A stretch of DNA of 64,000 nucleotides, taken from Camelus dromedarius (Eukaryota). The position numbers were made by a program, and so were the translations under genes. The stretch lies in the NCBI RefSeq assembly GCF_036321535.1, contig NC_087438.1:8868001-8932000 (forward strand), given 5' to 3'. The notes beneath the pieces were generated by a model that worked only from the letters and a program-made list of their open reading frames with translations, ran no database searches and was not told the DNA's origin. Positions 39,380-50,095 of this stretch are shown piece by piece; the stretch's first letter is position 1; each line of letters starts with the position of its first letter.

Positions 39380-41200
39380 TCATGGTCATGCACATCAAAT
39401 TGCCCCCTCACGCTACTCAGCAAATATGCCTCTTTTCTTCGCGGCCCCATATTCCATGGATATTTAATAACTTTTCCTCTTTTCATAAGCCCCTCAATAT
39501 CTTTTTCTCCCCATCCTCACACTTAGCTGTCCTTCTACCATTGCTTTTTCACTAAGTAAATTAAAGTTATCAGAAAATAAAGTTCACAGACTCAAACAAT
39601 CTCCCTCCAACCACATCTTTCTCCACATACAATAGCTTCCTGCTTGATACCCCAGATCTATGCTTTCCAGTCCAGTAGCTACTGGCTGCACGTGGCTATG
39701 GAGCATCTGAAATGAGGCTAGTCCAAATTGAGTTGTACTGTAAGTGTAAAATCCACATCAGATTTCAAAGAGAGTATGAAAGATTGAGTGCAGAGTATCC
39801 CATTCAATTTGTTATACTGATGAAATATTGAAATATTTTGGATCTACTGGGTTAAAGAATATTAAAATAAGTTTCCCCTGCTTCTTTTTACTTTTTCAAA
39901 TGCGGTTATTAGAAAATCTACAATCCCCTATGCTGCTCATATTATAATTCCATTAGGGAGCACTGTTCAAGAAGAATTCAGATTTCTGTCTTGAGTGGAT
40001 CTCTCCTCTTTCACAGAAAGCATACGTACCCGAGAGCGTAGCACCAGCATGTCCGCATCGCCAGTTTGTTCCCCCATCTCCTGCATCATTCTTAGTAGCA
40101 TGTATGTATGTTATTACTCATCTTTGACAGTTACTTCACTAGTTTCCAGAACACCTCATTCACATGACCTCCCTCCATCTTCACGTTACTCCTTCTCACT
40201 CTCTGTTTCTGGAATATTCTTTTTCCTCTAAGCACTTATGTTTGATGTGTCCTGATCACCTTGGTCTTCCCTTTACACTTACTACCTTGGTGATCTTATG
40301 TAGCCGCAAGAACTTTCAGCTCTTGTTTCCCGCCCGGCCTCTGTAAGAACTCTAGACGGATATAGGTGAGTGCCTACTAGCTTTTTCTTTTTTTGTCTCT
40401 AATTAGCCTATCATTTTTGACGTCTCCAAAACTGACATTCTGATCCCCCCACCACCGACTCCAAACCTGCCCCAGGCGATGTTTCCCTCCTCTTAGCTGA
40501 TGCCAACCCTCCTCCTGCTGTCCGGACTGAAAATCTACGGGGAGGCATTTTTAAGTCCTCTTTTTCCTCACTTCTCATATTCTATCAGGCAACAAATCGT
40601 GTTGTCTCCAATTTCAAAATACAATAAAAATGCCTGCCCCTTCTCACTCCCTCCACTGCTGTCGCTGGAAATGTGCGACTCTCCTCTCTGCCCCCGGTCC
40701 TCGAATAGCCTCTGAACTGTACTCTCTGGTCCTACTCCTGTTCACGGCTGTGTGTAATCCTCATAGAAGCCAGAAACATTCTTTTTGACTTGAAGCCTAG
40801 CAGTGGTTCTCTGTTACATTCAAATAAAACCTAATAAGCTTGCAAGGATATGCCTGTAAAAACGCCACCCTTTCTCACCTCAACCCTCTCCATCATTTTC
40901 TCTCTGCACTAATTTTCTACTAACCAGCCTTCTTCCAAAGTCTGCTGAAGCCACATGGTCTCCTTTCCGTTCCTTGAAAAGAGATCAGGTACATCTCTGC
41001 TTGACAAGTTGGCCCTGGTTGTTTGCTCTGCTTGAAACGTTTGTCCCCCAGGTTATAATGTAGGATAATGTGTTTCCCTACTTCAAGGCTTTGTTCAAAT
41101 GCCGTCTTCCTGATGAGGCCACTGGGCAAATGAATAAGAATCCTCTTGCCATTCCCCATGTCCATGTCCACGCCTTTCTGATAAACTTTTCTCTCGCTAA
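39380..41200 (+). mobile_element. Long degraded L2, interrupted by MER33
   Basis: 'gtgagtgcctactagc...cgtctccaaaactgacattctgatccccc', 'atcaggcaacaaatcgtgttgtctccaatttcaaaat' and 'cttcaaggctttgttcaaatgccgtcttcctgatgaggcc'. Confidence 0.75.
39658..39965. mobile_element. MER33 hAT-Charlie DNA transposon
   Basis: 'gtagctactggctgcacgtggctatggagcatctgaaatgaggctagtccaaattgag...ctgtaagtgtaaaatccacatcagatttc...gggagcactg'. Confidence 0.85.
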
Positions 41201-42444
41201 GGTATGGAAAACTTGATCTTTCAAAATTCAGAGATGTACACTCAGGCACTTAGGTTTAGCCATCATGAATCCATGTTCCACTCTTCTGCCATCAGCAACA
41301 AGATTTCTTTGTGCTTGACTGCCAGCTGTCTTCTAGAAAGCTAGAAGAGATAATGAATATTTTCCATCATAAATTTTCTTTGAACTTTTCAGGGAAAAAC
41401 CTGAGGAGTAGAAGAATAGGGAAAAGAAAAATTGGGGGTTTTCATTGATAATGGCATGTGAAGAGAGGATGAAGATTGATTACACTATAAGGAGGCTTCT
41501 GCTGGAGTTTGCATTCTCTTTGTTGCCTGGAATGCCTGAAGCAAAGCTTGTGTTTTCCTGGTGGATGTCACACTAGACACGCAGTTACGCTCTTCGGCAC
41601 AGAGACCCTGGCTGAAGTAAGCAAGGTTTTTAAAAGGAAAGTGCATGCTTGTGAGTACACAGTATTTCTAATACTACAGCATTTTGCTATTTTTTTAAAG
41701 TCAGTTTTATTTCTAATAGGTTAAAGAAGTCACTAAATTAAAAAACAAAAACAAAAACATTTAAAACAATGAGAAGAAAAGAAAGCCTGAATCAGGAAGC
41801 ACTGTTCACTTCATTAGCAAAAGTAACCTTTGCAGCATCTTGTGTTTCATTAGCAGAGATGTCCAGAACCTGTAAATAATTCTCACAACTTGCGTTTTCC
41901 CTTTCTTTTTATCCTTTTGGTGTTAATTAAAACATTTTCTCTCTTGTAGCTAATATTGTGAGTTTTTTAAAAGTCATATTCTATCTCTTTGTAAGTCTAG
42001 AGTTAAAGTTAATTAAGACTCATGCAGAGATTTTCTTGAATCAATGCCAATGGGAGAGTAACTTCTATGTACTACCTTTGAATTCAACTGCACTAGATAC
42101 ACTGGGATTTTCAGGGACCCAGACTATTTTATTAGATCAAAGACTCAATCAAAAGCATGTTCTCAAAATTCTTGGACTCTACACATGGTAAACTGGCTTT
42201 TTTGGGGGGAATTATTTACTATTTAAAAAAATGTACCACCTCAGCTCTTCCTATATTGGAATGACTTTTATAACTGTAAAATAGTAGGATTAACTTCTGT
42301 CCAATTTGACCATTCCAATTGGTGCCCTGAACTTTGCCAGGAAAGACCTCCACCATTTTCAGTCTTGTTTGTATACTCGGCATATATTTTCTATATTTTT
42401 AAAATTTGTTTTATGGACCAATGTGAATATAGAGAATAAGATTT

Positions 42445-42860
42445 TGTGAAGGAAAAGCCGGGCTAGGCTAACAAGATAACTCACAAATCTAAGTATTGGA
42501 ATACTGATCTGACTTCTGCTGGACTAACTTGTAAATCTGAGTTAATTAGTGTTGGTTTGCCATTCATGTTTTTTCCTGCTAGCCAGCTGGGTTTTCAAAG
42601 ATACATATCTGGCTTTGGAATGTTGGTTTGCTGCCTCCCCACCTCCACTTTTGTGATGATAATGTTGCTAAAGTTGTTCCATGCCTATTGGCCGAATACC
42701 CCAAGCTTGTACTTTACCCTGTAAAACCTCACGCGCATGTCTTGGAGGTGCTCAGAGATTTGGAGCAGAAGCCCCTCTGAGCCCGCAGGCGTAATACATC
42801 TGAGTACTCCAACCCGCCGAGTGGTGCTTGTTTCTTGGCTGGCCTGTCGTTTCCGTAACA
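42445..42860 (+). mobile_element. Young ERV LTR (about 416 bp)
   Basis: Imperfect terminal inverted repeats TGTGAAGGAAA / TTTCCGTAACA (9 of 11 match). CpG-rich 3' half, TATA-like TGTAAAA and a variant poly(A) signal AATACA. The TSD is not clean. Confidence 0.65.
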
Positions 42861-43554
42861 TTTCGAGATACACTCTGGCCAGAGTACATCTTTTTTTTGG
42901 ATCGTGAAATGGAGCGGGGCTTTACCATAATAATTTGTATTACTGTGTTTATTTTACTCAGTAGCTGCAGCATCTTCGGCTTGGATTGCCTTTAAATCTG
43001 CCACAACGCTCCTGCTACAGACAATTGTAATGAAAATTAATTGTCATATGGAAACTACTTTCTTTTAAATAAAATTCTACATCAGGAATTTCTTTGAACT
43101 GTGAAACAAAAAATCATTTCTTTAATTACATTTCTTTCCGTCTAAATGTAGATGTTTATTATTGAGTAGAACAAGGGGACACATTTACCTATGTTTCCCC
43201 AAGTTCTTAGAATAAAATAAATAATAGGGTGATCCTACATGATCAAAAATATAAGCAGAACTTTATTATTTCATGCTTTTATGACAATCATTCTGTTAGC
43301 AAGATGCACGTACATTGTGACTAAGAATAGACAGTTTAAAAAAGATAAAATGAAAAATACTGTGTATGCAGGAAAGAGTCTGAGCAGCATCTACTTATAT
43401 GTTCTCAGGAAGGGCTTGAGGTTCCACCAAGTTTCTCAAACCCCTCACAGTATCTTCCTGCATGTGTTACAAATTAATACAGATTCTGACAGACAGCCAC
43501 ATTTAAAGTAGATATTTAATAGGAAATTAAATAGCTTTAATGATAGAAACCTAT

Positions 43555-44053
43555 TGTGAATGAAAAGTACTGCAGACCATCTCAGTAAACAAAGAATGCT
43601 GAAGCCATCAAGTCATCAGCGGCTGCCGCCACCCCCCAGTGAGGACAAGCCTGCAGCCCAGCCTCTCTGCAACCACTCACCATGGTGCACCCTGAGGGGA
43701 CTCAGAATAAGAAAGGACAGGATGCTGGCCCTAGATAGCCAGGTGCTTGTCAAAGGAATGAATTCAATGAGCCCAAATGTTTGCTCCCTCCCATACACAG
43801 AAAAGCACTAAATTCTTTAACTTGAGATGCCTGGTTTTCTTTAGTTAAAAAGTAAGCTTTTAATGTTCCAACTACCTGGTCTTTGTTGTAAAGCTCCTAT
43901 ACATCCTAACCCCTCCCCTACCTCTTTGGAGCAGTCCCTCAGAGCATCTGGGAGGCTGTCATCCTGGGCTCGAAGGGGTTCAAGTCCTCAGAAACGTCTG
44001 CAAAATAAAACATAACTCTCAACTTTTAGGCTGTGCATTTATTTCAGTCGACA
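43555..44053 (+). mobile_element. ERV1-class solo LTR (499 bp, MER34/MER39-like terminus)
   Basis: TG...CA termini, perfect 4-bp TSD CTAT (43551-43554 and 44054-44057), and AATAAA followed by 'cataactctcaacttttaggctgtgcatttatttcagtcgaca'. Confidence 0.9.
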
Positions 44054-44606
44054 CTATTTTAGACAGCTTTAAATTTTAATAATGATTTTTTAAAATTATA
44101 CAATTAACAATTTAGTGTAGTTTAGAAATTGATAAATAATATTCAAGTTTCATTAATTTCATCACAACTACTTCACCTTTGTTGACAATGCCGTGTACTT
44201 TATTATAGCATTTTATTTAAATATATATATATTATAGTGGGTAATTTACCTGTTTTTCTGACATTGAGATCTTATTTACTACAGTTTTGAGTCCACATTT
44301 TGCCTTGTTTACTTAATTCTTTCTGATCTTGAGTTGATAAGGACATTTTCCTATTTTCTCCTCTAATTTTAAAGTTTACCCTCCTACATTTAATCCTTTA
44401 ATTAATCTTGGGTTTATGTTTTGGATAATGTGCAGTATAGATTTTCTTCACTAGGTACCATCTAATTTATATTTTCCAATATTATTTTGTAAACATTTTC
44501 AAGTTAAAAAGTGGAAAGCATTTATATACCACCTAGATTCTACAAGTAACATTTTACTATATTATTATGTCAGACACTCTTAATTTATTGATCCCTCTCT
44601 CCATGG

Positions 44607-45028
44607 AAAGCAAGTCACGATTTTTTTTAGTTTCCCAAGGCACATAAAATCACGCTTACACTATACTGCAGTCTGTTTAGTGTGCAACAGCATTTTGTCT
44701 TTGAAAACAAGCAATGTACATTCCTTAATTTAAAAATACTTCATTGCTAAAAAAAATGCTAACCGTTATCTGAGACTTCAGCAAGTCATAGCAGCAACAT
44801 CAAAGATCCCTGATTACAGATCACCATAACAAATATAGTAATAATGAAAAAGTGAAATATTGGGAGAATTACCAAAATATGACACGGAGACAAGGGGTGA
44901 ACAAGGGCTATTGGAAAAATGGCGCTGATAGACTTGCTCGTCACAGGGGTGCCACAGGCCATCAATTTGTGAAAAACGCAGTATCTGCCAAGAACAAAAG
45001 AGAAATGCAGTGAAATGAGGTCTGTCTG
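44607..45028 (+). mobile_element. Tigger2a (MER28) TcMar DNA transposon, 5' end missing
   Basis: 'cacataaaatcacgcttacactatactgcagtc...caaagatccctgattacagatcaccataac...ggaaaaatggcgctgatagacttgctcg...aaatgaggtctgtctg'. Confidence 0.85.
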
Positions 45029-45037
45029 CAGAGGAGA

Positions 45038-45039
<2 letters not shown>

Positions 45040-45068
<29 letters not shown>
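45040..45068. repeat. (CA)n microsatellite
   Basis: Seen directly. Confidence 0.95.
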
Positions 45069-45071
<3 letters not shown>

Positions 45072-45624
45072 TGTTTCTTTCAAAAAAAATTATGCTAGGC
45101 AATTTTAAACATGTAAAGTGCTCGAGCCGACCTGATAAATCTGGCATGCATCTTTCTTTCCTCCATGCATGTACACGTGGGTAGTTGCAGACGTCTGTAA
45201 CAAAGTGAGTCATGACATTATGAAACTGAATAGTACTTGGCTGTCTGAAACACCATCTTCACCTTATCGACTCACTTCAGAGCTTCCGTCATTAATTGAT
45301 ATCTGACAAGTTCTTCCCAAATTCGACAGCAAAGAAACCTCTTTCAGTGCAGTCAGCATCACAGGCTATAGTGGCTTTGCCATTCCACTCCTGGTACTGC
45401 GGCTAAGATTCAGAAGCTCAGGTCTTTTACATCAAACACGAGGAAACACTTTCTCCGATGTTCTAGATGGATGGTAAAAAAAAAAAAAAAAAGTAGAAAA
45501 GATAGGGAAAGTCTTTCTCAAAGATGTTCTAGTTGGAATTTTAGAGACAGAATGTCTGTAATCCAGGCTGTAGTTCATCTTAATATAATTCCTTTTTTTT
45601 AAATGGCCCCATTTAATAGATAGA

Positions 45625-45832
45625 CATTTTTTTTCAGAGCAATTTTAGATTCTACAAAATTGAGAGGCAGGTCAGGATTTTCCATCTACCTCCTCTTCCC
45701 CCACACATGTAGCCTCCCCTGTCATCAACAACCCCCGGAGTGCTACCTTTGTTACAATCAAGGAACCTACACTGATACATCATATAGCTTATTTTGCCGT
45801 TTACTCTTGGTGTGCTCTCCGTTTTGAATTCC
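45625..45832 (-). mobile_element. L1MC-type 3' UTR fragment
   Basis: 'ttttcagagcaattttagattc...cccccacacatgtagcctcccctgtcatcaaca...tttgttacaatcaaggaacctacactgatacatcat'. Confidence 0.8.
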
Positions 45833-46721
45833 AACATGACGCTAATAATGCTTTTCCTTGTTTTATTTGTGTTGTGTGTTCAGAATGGCAATCTGACGCC
45901 AGAAACTCTCTCCAGCTTGACAATAGGAGTCTTGGCCAGCTGATTGGCAGGGGTGAATGCCTGGGCAGATTCCCTGAGAGTCAGGAGACCCCGGCTTCTT
46001 GTCCTCCTTCAAGTGGCTGTCAGGCTTGCAGCCATCCCTGAACGTGGTTAAGGCTCCCAGGATTATGAGCTGCCAAGTCCCATCTGAATAACATGAAAGG
46101 AGAGCTCAATTTACAGCAGTGTCTGGAAGCTAAACTGAGAGCCATTTTGCCAGGATGCTAAAGTGTTCTCAGTCACATTCCAGCAATTTCCATAAGACGA
46201 GCCACTCACATTACTGACACATCTCTGAGAAACAGTCTCCTGTCAGTAACAGCTTGGAGAATCCCTCAGATGTTGGGAAAGAGTTTTGCTAATTCAATTC
46301 ATAAGCCATTAAGAATACCATAATATTGAAATCAGTTTATCTCAAAAAGTTTCCCAACCATGTTTAAAAAAGTGGACTTGCCAATATTTCATGTTATTTA
46401 AAAGAAATAGTTCTTCAATATTAATCCCAATGGAGTTTTCACATCTGGGGTCATCTAAAACCTCAGTGCCACCCTGCTGTTTCCTGTCTCTTGAGCACCT
46501 TATCCACCTTTCTGAACCCTAATTTGTTCTAATATCATTGTTCTAAGGACATTTTTAAGTGGTTAAAATAAACCAAAAGAATTTCAGTCGTAAATGCATA
46601 AAACAGGACTAATCAAACAATAACTTCAAATGTTGTAAAATATCCACTATTTGTAAAGCAGCTACTAATGCTAATAGTGACAAACAGGCAAATTTGGGGA
46701 ACAAGAGTCATACACGTGAGT

Positions 46722-46956
46722 GGGTTGGTGGTTTTTTTGTTATTGAATTGTCTGACCTGTTCATATATTTTAGAAATTAAGCCCTTGTCACTAGCATCAT
46801 TTCAAATATTTTTTCCCATTCCATAGGTTGTCTTTTCATTTTATTTATGGCTTCCTTTGCTGTGCAAAAGCTTGTAAGTTTAATTAAGTCCCATTTGTTT
46901 ATCTTTGCTTTTATTTCTACCCAACATTGTAAATTGACTATATTTCAATTTAAAAA
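46722..46956 (+). mobile_element. 5'-inverted (twin-primed) LINE-1 insertion
   Basis: Antisense ORF2 segment (about 46722-46919) joined to a sense L1 terminus 'ccaacattgtaaattgactatatttcaatttaaaaa'. Degenerate TSD at 46703-46721 and 46953-46971. Confidence 0.75.
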
Positions 46957-49059
46957 GTAATACAATTGACTTAGGTTCTTCAACTGCTTAATATAAAAAG
47001 AAACATCATATTCAAACTTCTGAAATATACTGCAAGACGCTGAATATATTATTTTATTGTTGGATGTTAATTTCAATGTGGATATTATGCATTTATTTCC
47101 TACTAGACTTAACTAATGAGTAACTGTCTCAGTTAAGACAAGTTCTGTCTCATTTATTTACACAAGCTGGCTAGATTTTCACTAACTAAACTCATCAGCT
47201 TAACTGTCAGCTACGGTTACAACTATAATAAGAAGTAAAATCTATAAATATCATATACAAAAAGGGGTTTATATTTTCTCTTCCTAAAACTACCTAAACT
47301 TTCTTAGGAAGTGTTAGGTCTGCTTCCAGGAAATATGTCCAGATTAAGAAGCTCAAAAATAAAAACCTTACCTTGTCAGGCTTAATGCAGGAGCCAGGTA
47401 TTAACTTTATACGTAAACAATTTACATCTTGATGTTACCTAAATATAGTGACCAGTCAAATTTATAACTACCAAGGTGATAGGATAATGTCACCCATAAA
47501 AGTTTGACTGTGAAGATTCTCCACACAACATCATCAGTTGAAGCTATAAAAAATCTATTTGGTTTGGACAAGAAATCTCTCTCTTCTTGGGAAGATGAGA
47601 TTTCAAAGTCTTTCTCATGATTACATCCTTTGAAATTGATTGTATTCTAGATTAAAAAAACCAACAACAACAACAAAACACATTTGAGATGCAAGAATAC
47701 CAACAAAAAAATCTTCAGTTAATTCTCCAGGATAACCTAGATTTTAAAATCAAGTTTACCTCTTTGTGTGGGATGGGCTGAAAAACTGAAGATATCATTG
47801 GTTAAATTGTATTTTGTTGATATAAAATGCTCTATTTTTAAAGCTAAATTAGCACTTTCAGTAAATTTTAAAAATTAAGTTAAATGTTTTGTCTAATGAG
47901 AAGATACTAATAATTCCAATTATTGCAAATTTTTCACTTGCAGTAATTTCTGTAAATGGTGCCTTTAGACAAGTAGTGTTAATTTAATTATCAACAGCTT
48001 CTCCCTACTATTCCTCTGGGGTTTTGGTTCCAATAGTACTTCCTTCAAAGGAAATTAACTTTTAAAAGACAATAAATTTAAAATGACAAGCTGCAGTTAT
48101 TTACGTGTAAGGGAGGGATGGTGAGGTGAAAGTATTTCTCTCTTTCTCTTAATGTGCATCTTAGTAAGTCTTGAATATGTATCAGCAAAATTAATTCCAT
48201 ATAAAACATCTGGCACTGTATTCATAGAACTTAATATGGTCTTTCACACAAAATACCATTTTGCTTATAGAAAATGCAGGCTCTGAGTGTGTTTGAAGGC
48301 TGGATATGTTGTTCCCAGCAGCACTTCATAGAGTCTATATGGTTGGTCCCTCCTATGGGTAATGACGGAGTTCCTTCAGCACTGGAGACGACCATACGGA
48401 CGTAACCCCTACAGCACATTTATAATATCACACCAGCAATTCATGGTATCATAACAACCTACATGTTTGAAATAATATTTAAACAACATATCTATCTGCA
48501 CTTTAACTGCTCTTGAAAATTCTGACATGTCTTTGTGTGGCATCATACAAATATGTGTGTGTGTGCGCAAATGTATGAAAATGTCAATCATAGAAAACGT
48601 ATCTCTGGGGTTGTATATAAATTATAGATAACATATCTTTGGGGTTGTATATTTTGGTTGTCGTTTAATTCTGTTCATTCAGATCCTGTGTGCATGGCTG
48701 TGGGGGTCCATCCTTTATTGTCTCCTTTTCCAGATCAATCTAAAGTGACTAGCATGTTAATTCTGGACAACCAGTTCTTGATTCATAAAAAGATGATTGT
48801 TCTCTTTTCACAATGACAAATATGTAGATTTTAATCCTTTATTAAATCCATCTTCTGTTTCTCTTTCTGTTATTGCTAGCAGACGTGTACACATACACGT
48901 ATCCCAAGTAAATGAGTTTACTAATGCACGCAGTGGGAAAGATGAACCTCAGGTTTGGTTAATTTTTGTCCAAGGATTAAAAAACTATGAATGCTTTCTA
49001 AGTATAATTTCTCAGTCAGAGCACCCTGCGCCTGGTTTAAATGACTTTCCACTTGTTAA

Positions 49060-49144
49060 TCTCATAAAAATTAATATAAATAAATAAATAAATCTAAGTC
49101 CCCTCCCTAAATAAAAAATAAATAAATAAATAATTTAAAAAAAA
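49060..49144 (+). mobile_element. (TAAA)n-rich tail, possibly a 5'-truncated camelid tRNA-derived SINE (Vic-1-like)
   Basis: 'aaataaataaataaatctaagtcccctccctaaataaaaaa' resembles the recalled camelid SINE tail 'aaataaataaacctaattacctcccc...aaaa'. The tRNA head is absent. Confidence 0.4.
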
Positions 49145-49944
49145 TTGCTGCCAGATTGGTTCTTTGGTTATTAAGTGCCAAGCATTTCATCTGATAAAAT
49201 TGTTCTGTAAATGATTTGGAAACCTGGTATAAATTTCTCTTCCAGAGGCGAGCTCCATTTGCTTCTGTCACCCACCTCTCAGGGACACTAGCAGTGTGTG
49301 GCTTCCTGACCGCAATTCCAGGGACTGAGATTTGAGTTTAGGTGGGGAGAACTGGACCACCCTTATTTCTAGGGTGCCGTGTTCAGGGCCCCCACCTATC
49401 GTGCAGCCTGTTTAGCAAAAGTGCAATTTGAATGGGTCTGAATTTCAACTTGCAGCCTCCTAATCTTACAGGACCCTCAGACATGATGCTCATACTCTTA
49501 GGATCTCAGCCACCCATCTGAGAATTGAAAAGCAATTCTCTTTGGATCTTGGCTTCAAAATGCCTCACAGCCGTGTGAGATTCCAGTGCTATTTATACTT
49601 CACCTCTGGTGCTGAGCAGAAAAGTTGGTCTAAAATTTCTAGTTCCTTCTACTGGGAACAAATGTTCTATGTTTTTTATAATTCTAAATAATTTTCTATT
49701 TCCTGGGCAGAAGACATTTTTCTTGGCATTTTAAAGTTTGGGAATAAGGATCAGGCATGTCAAAGTTACCCACATCCAATCAGCAAGGAAAATTAAACAA
49801 TTGGTGACATTTTTCCTCATTATAATTGAACAGCAAGCATTCTGATAGTAATGGCAAATATTAGAGCAATATTAAAATATAAAAAGAAATAACCATTCAT
49901 CCAGACAGACAAGAAGGAAATATAGCCACTAGCAGAAAAAATCT

Positions 49945-50095
49945 ATTCATTCATTCCTTGTTCATTTGCCAGGCAAATTTTTCCTGAGTGACTCGCCTCT
50001 GTTACATTAGGCATTGAGCTGAGCATTGGGATGTAGCAGGTAACGAGAATAATGTGCACCCTTCCTTCTTATGTGGTTTAAAAATCCCAGCAGGT
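49945..50095 (-). mobile_element. L2 3' terminus
   Basis: 'attcattcattcc...aaatttttcctgagtgactcgcctctgttacattaggcattgagctgagcattgggatg'. Confidence 0.65.

Noticed and set aside
42861..42870. 'tttcgagat' after the LTR as a deleted tRNA-Gln PBS (TGGAGGTTCCACCGAGAT)
   Set aside because: Only a 6-nt match and the diagnostic TGG is missing.
47372..47439. Minus-strand exon candidate ending at AAG|gtaagg
   Set aside because: Good donor, but the nearest acceptor is weak and all three frames from it hit stops.
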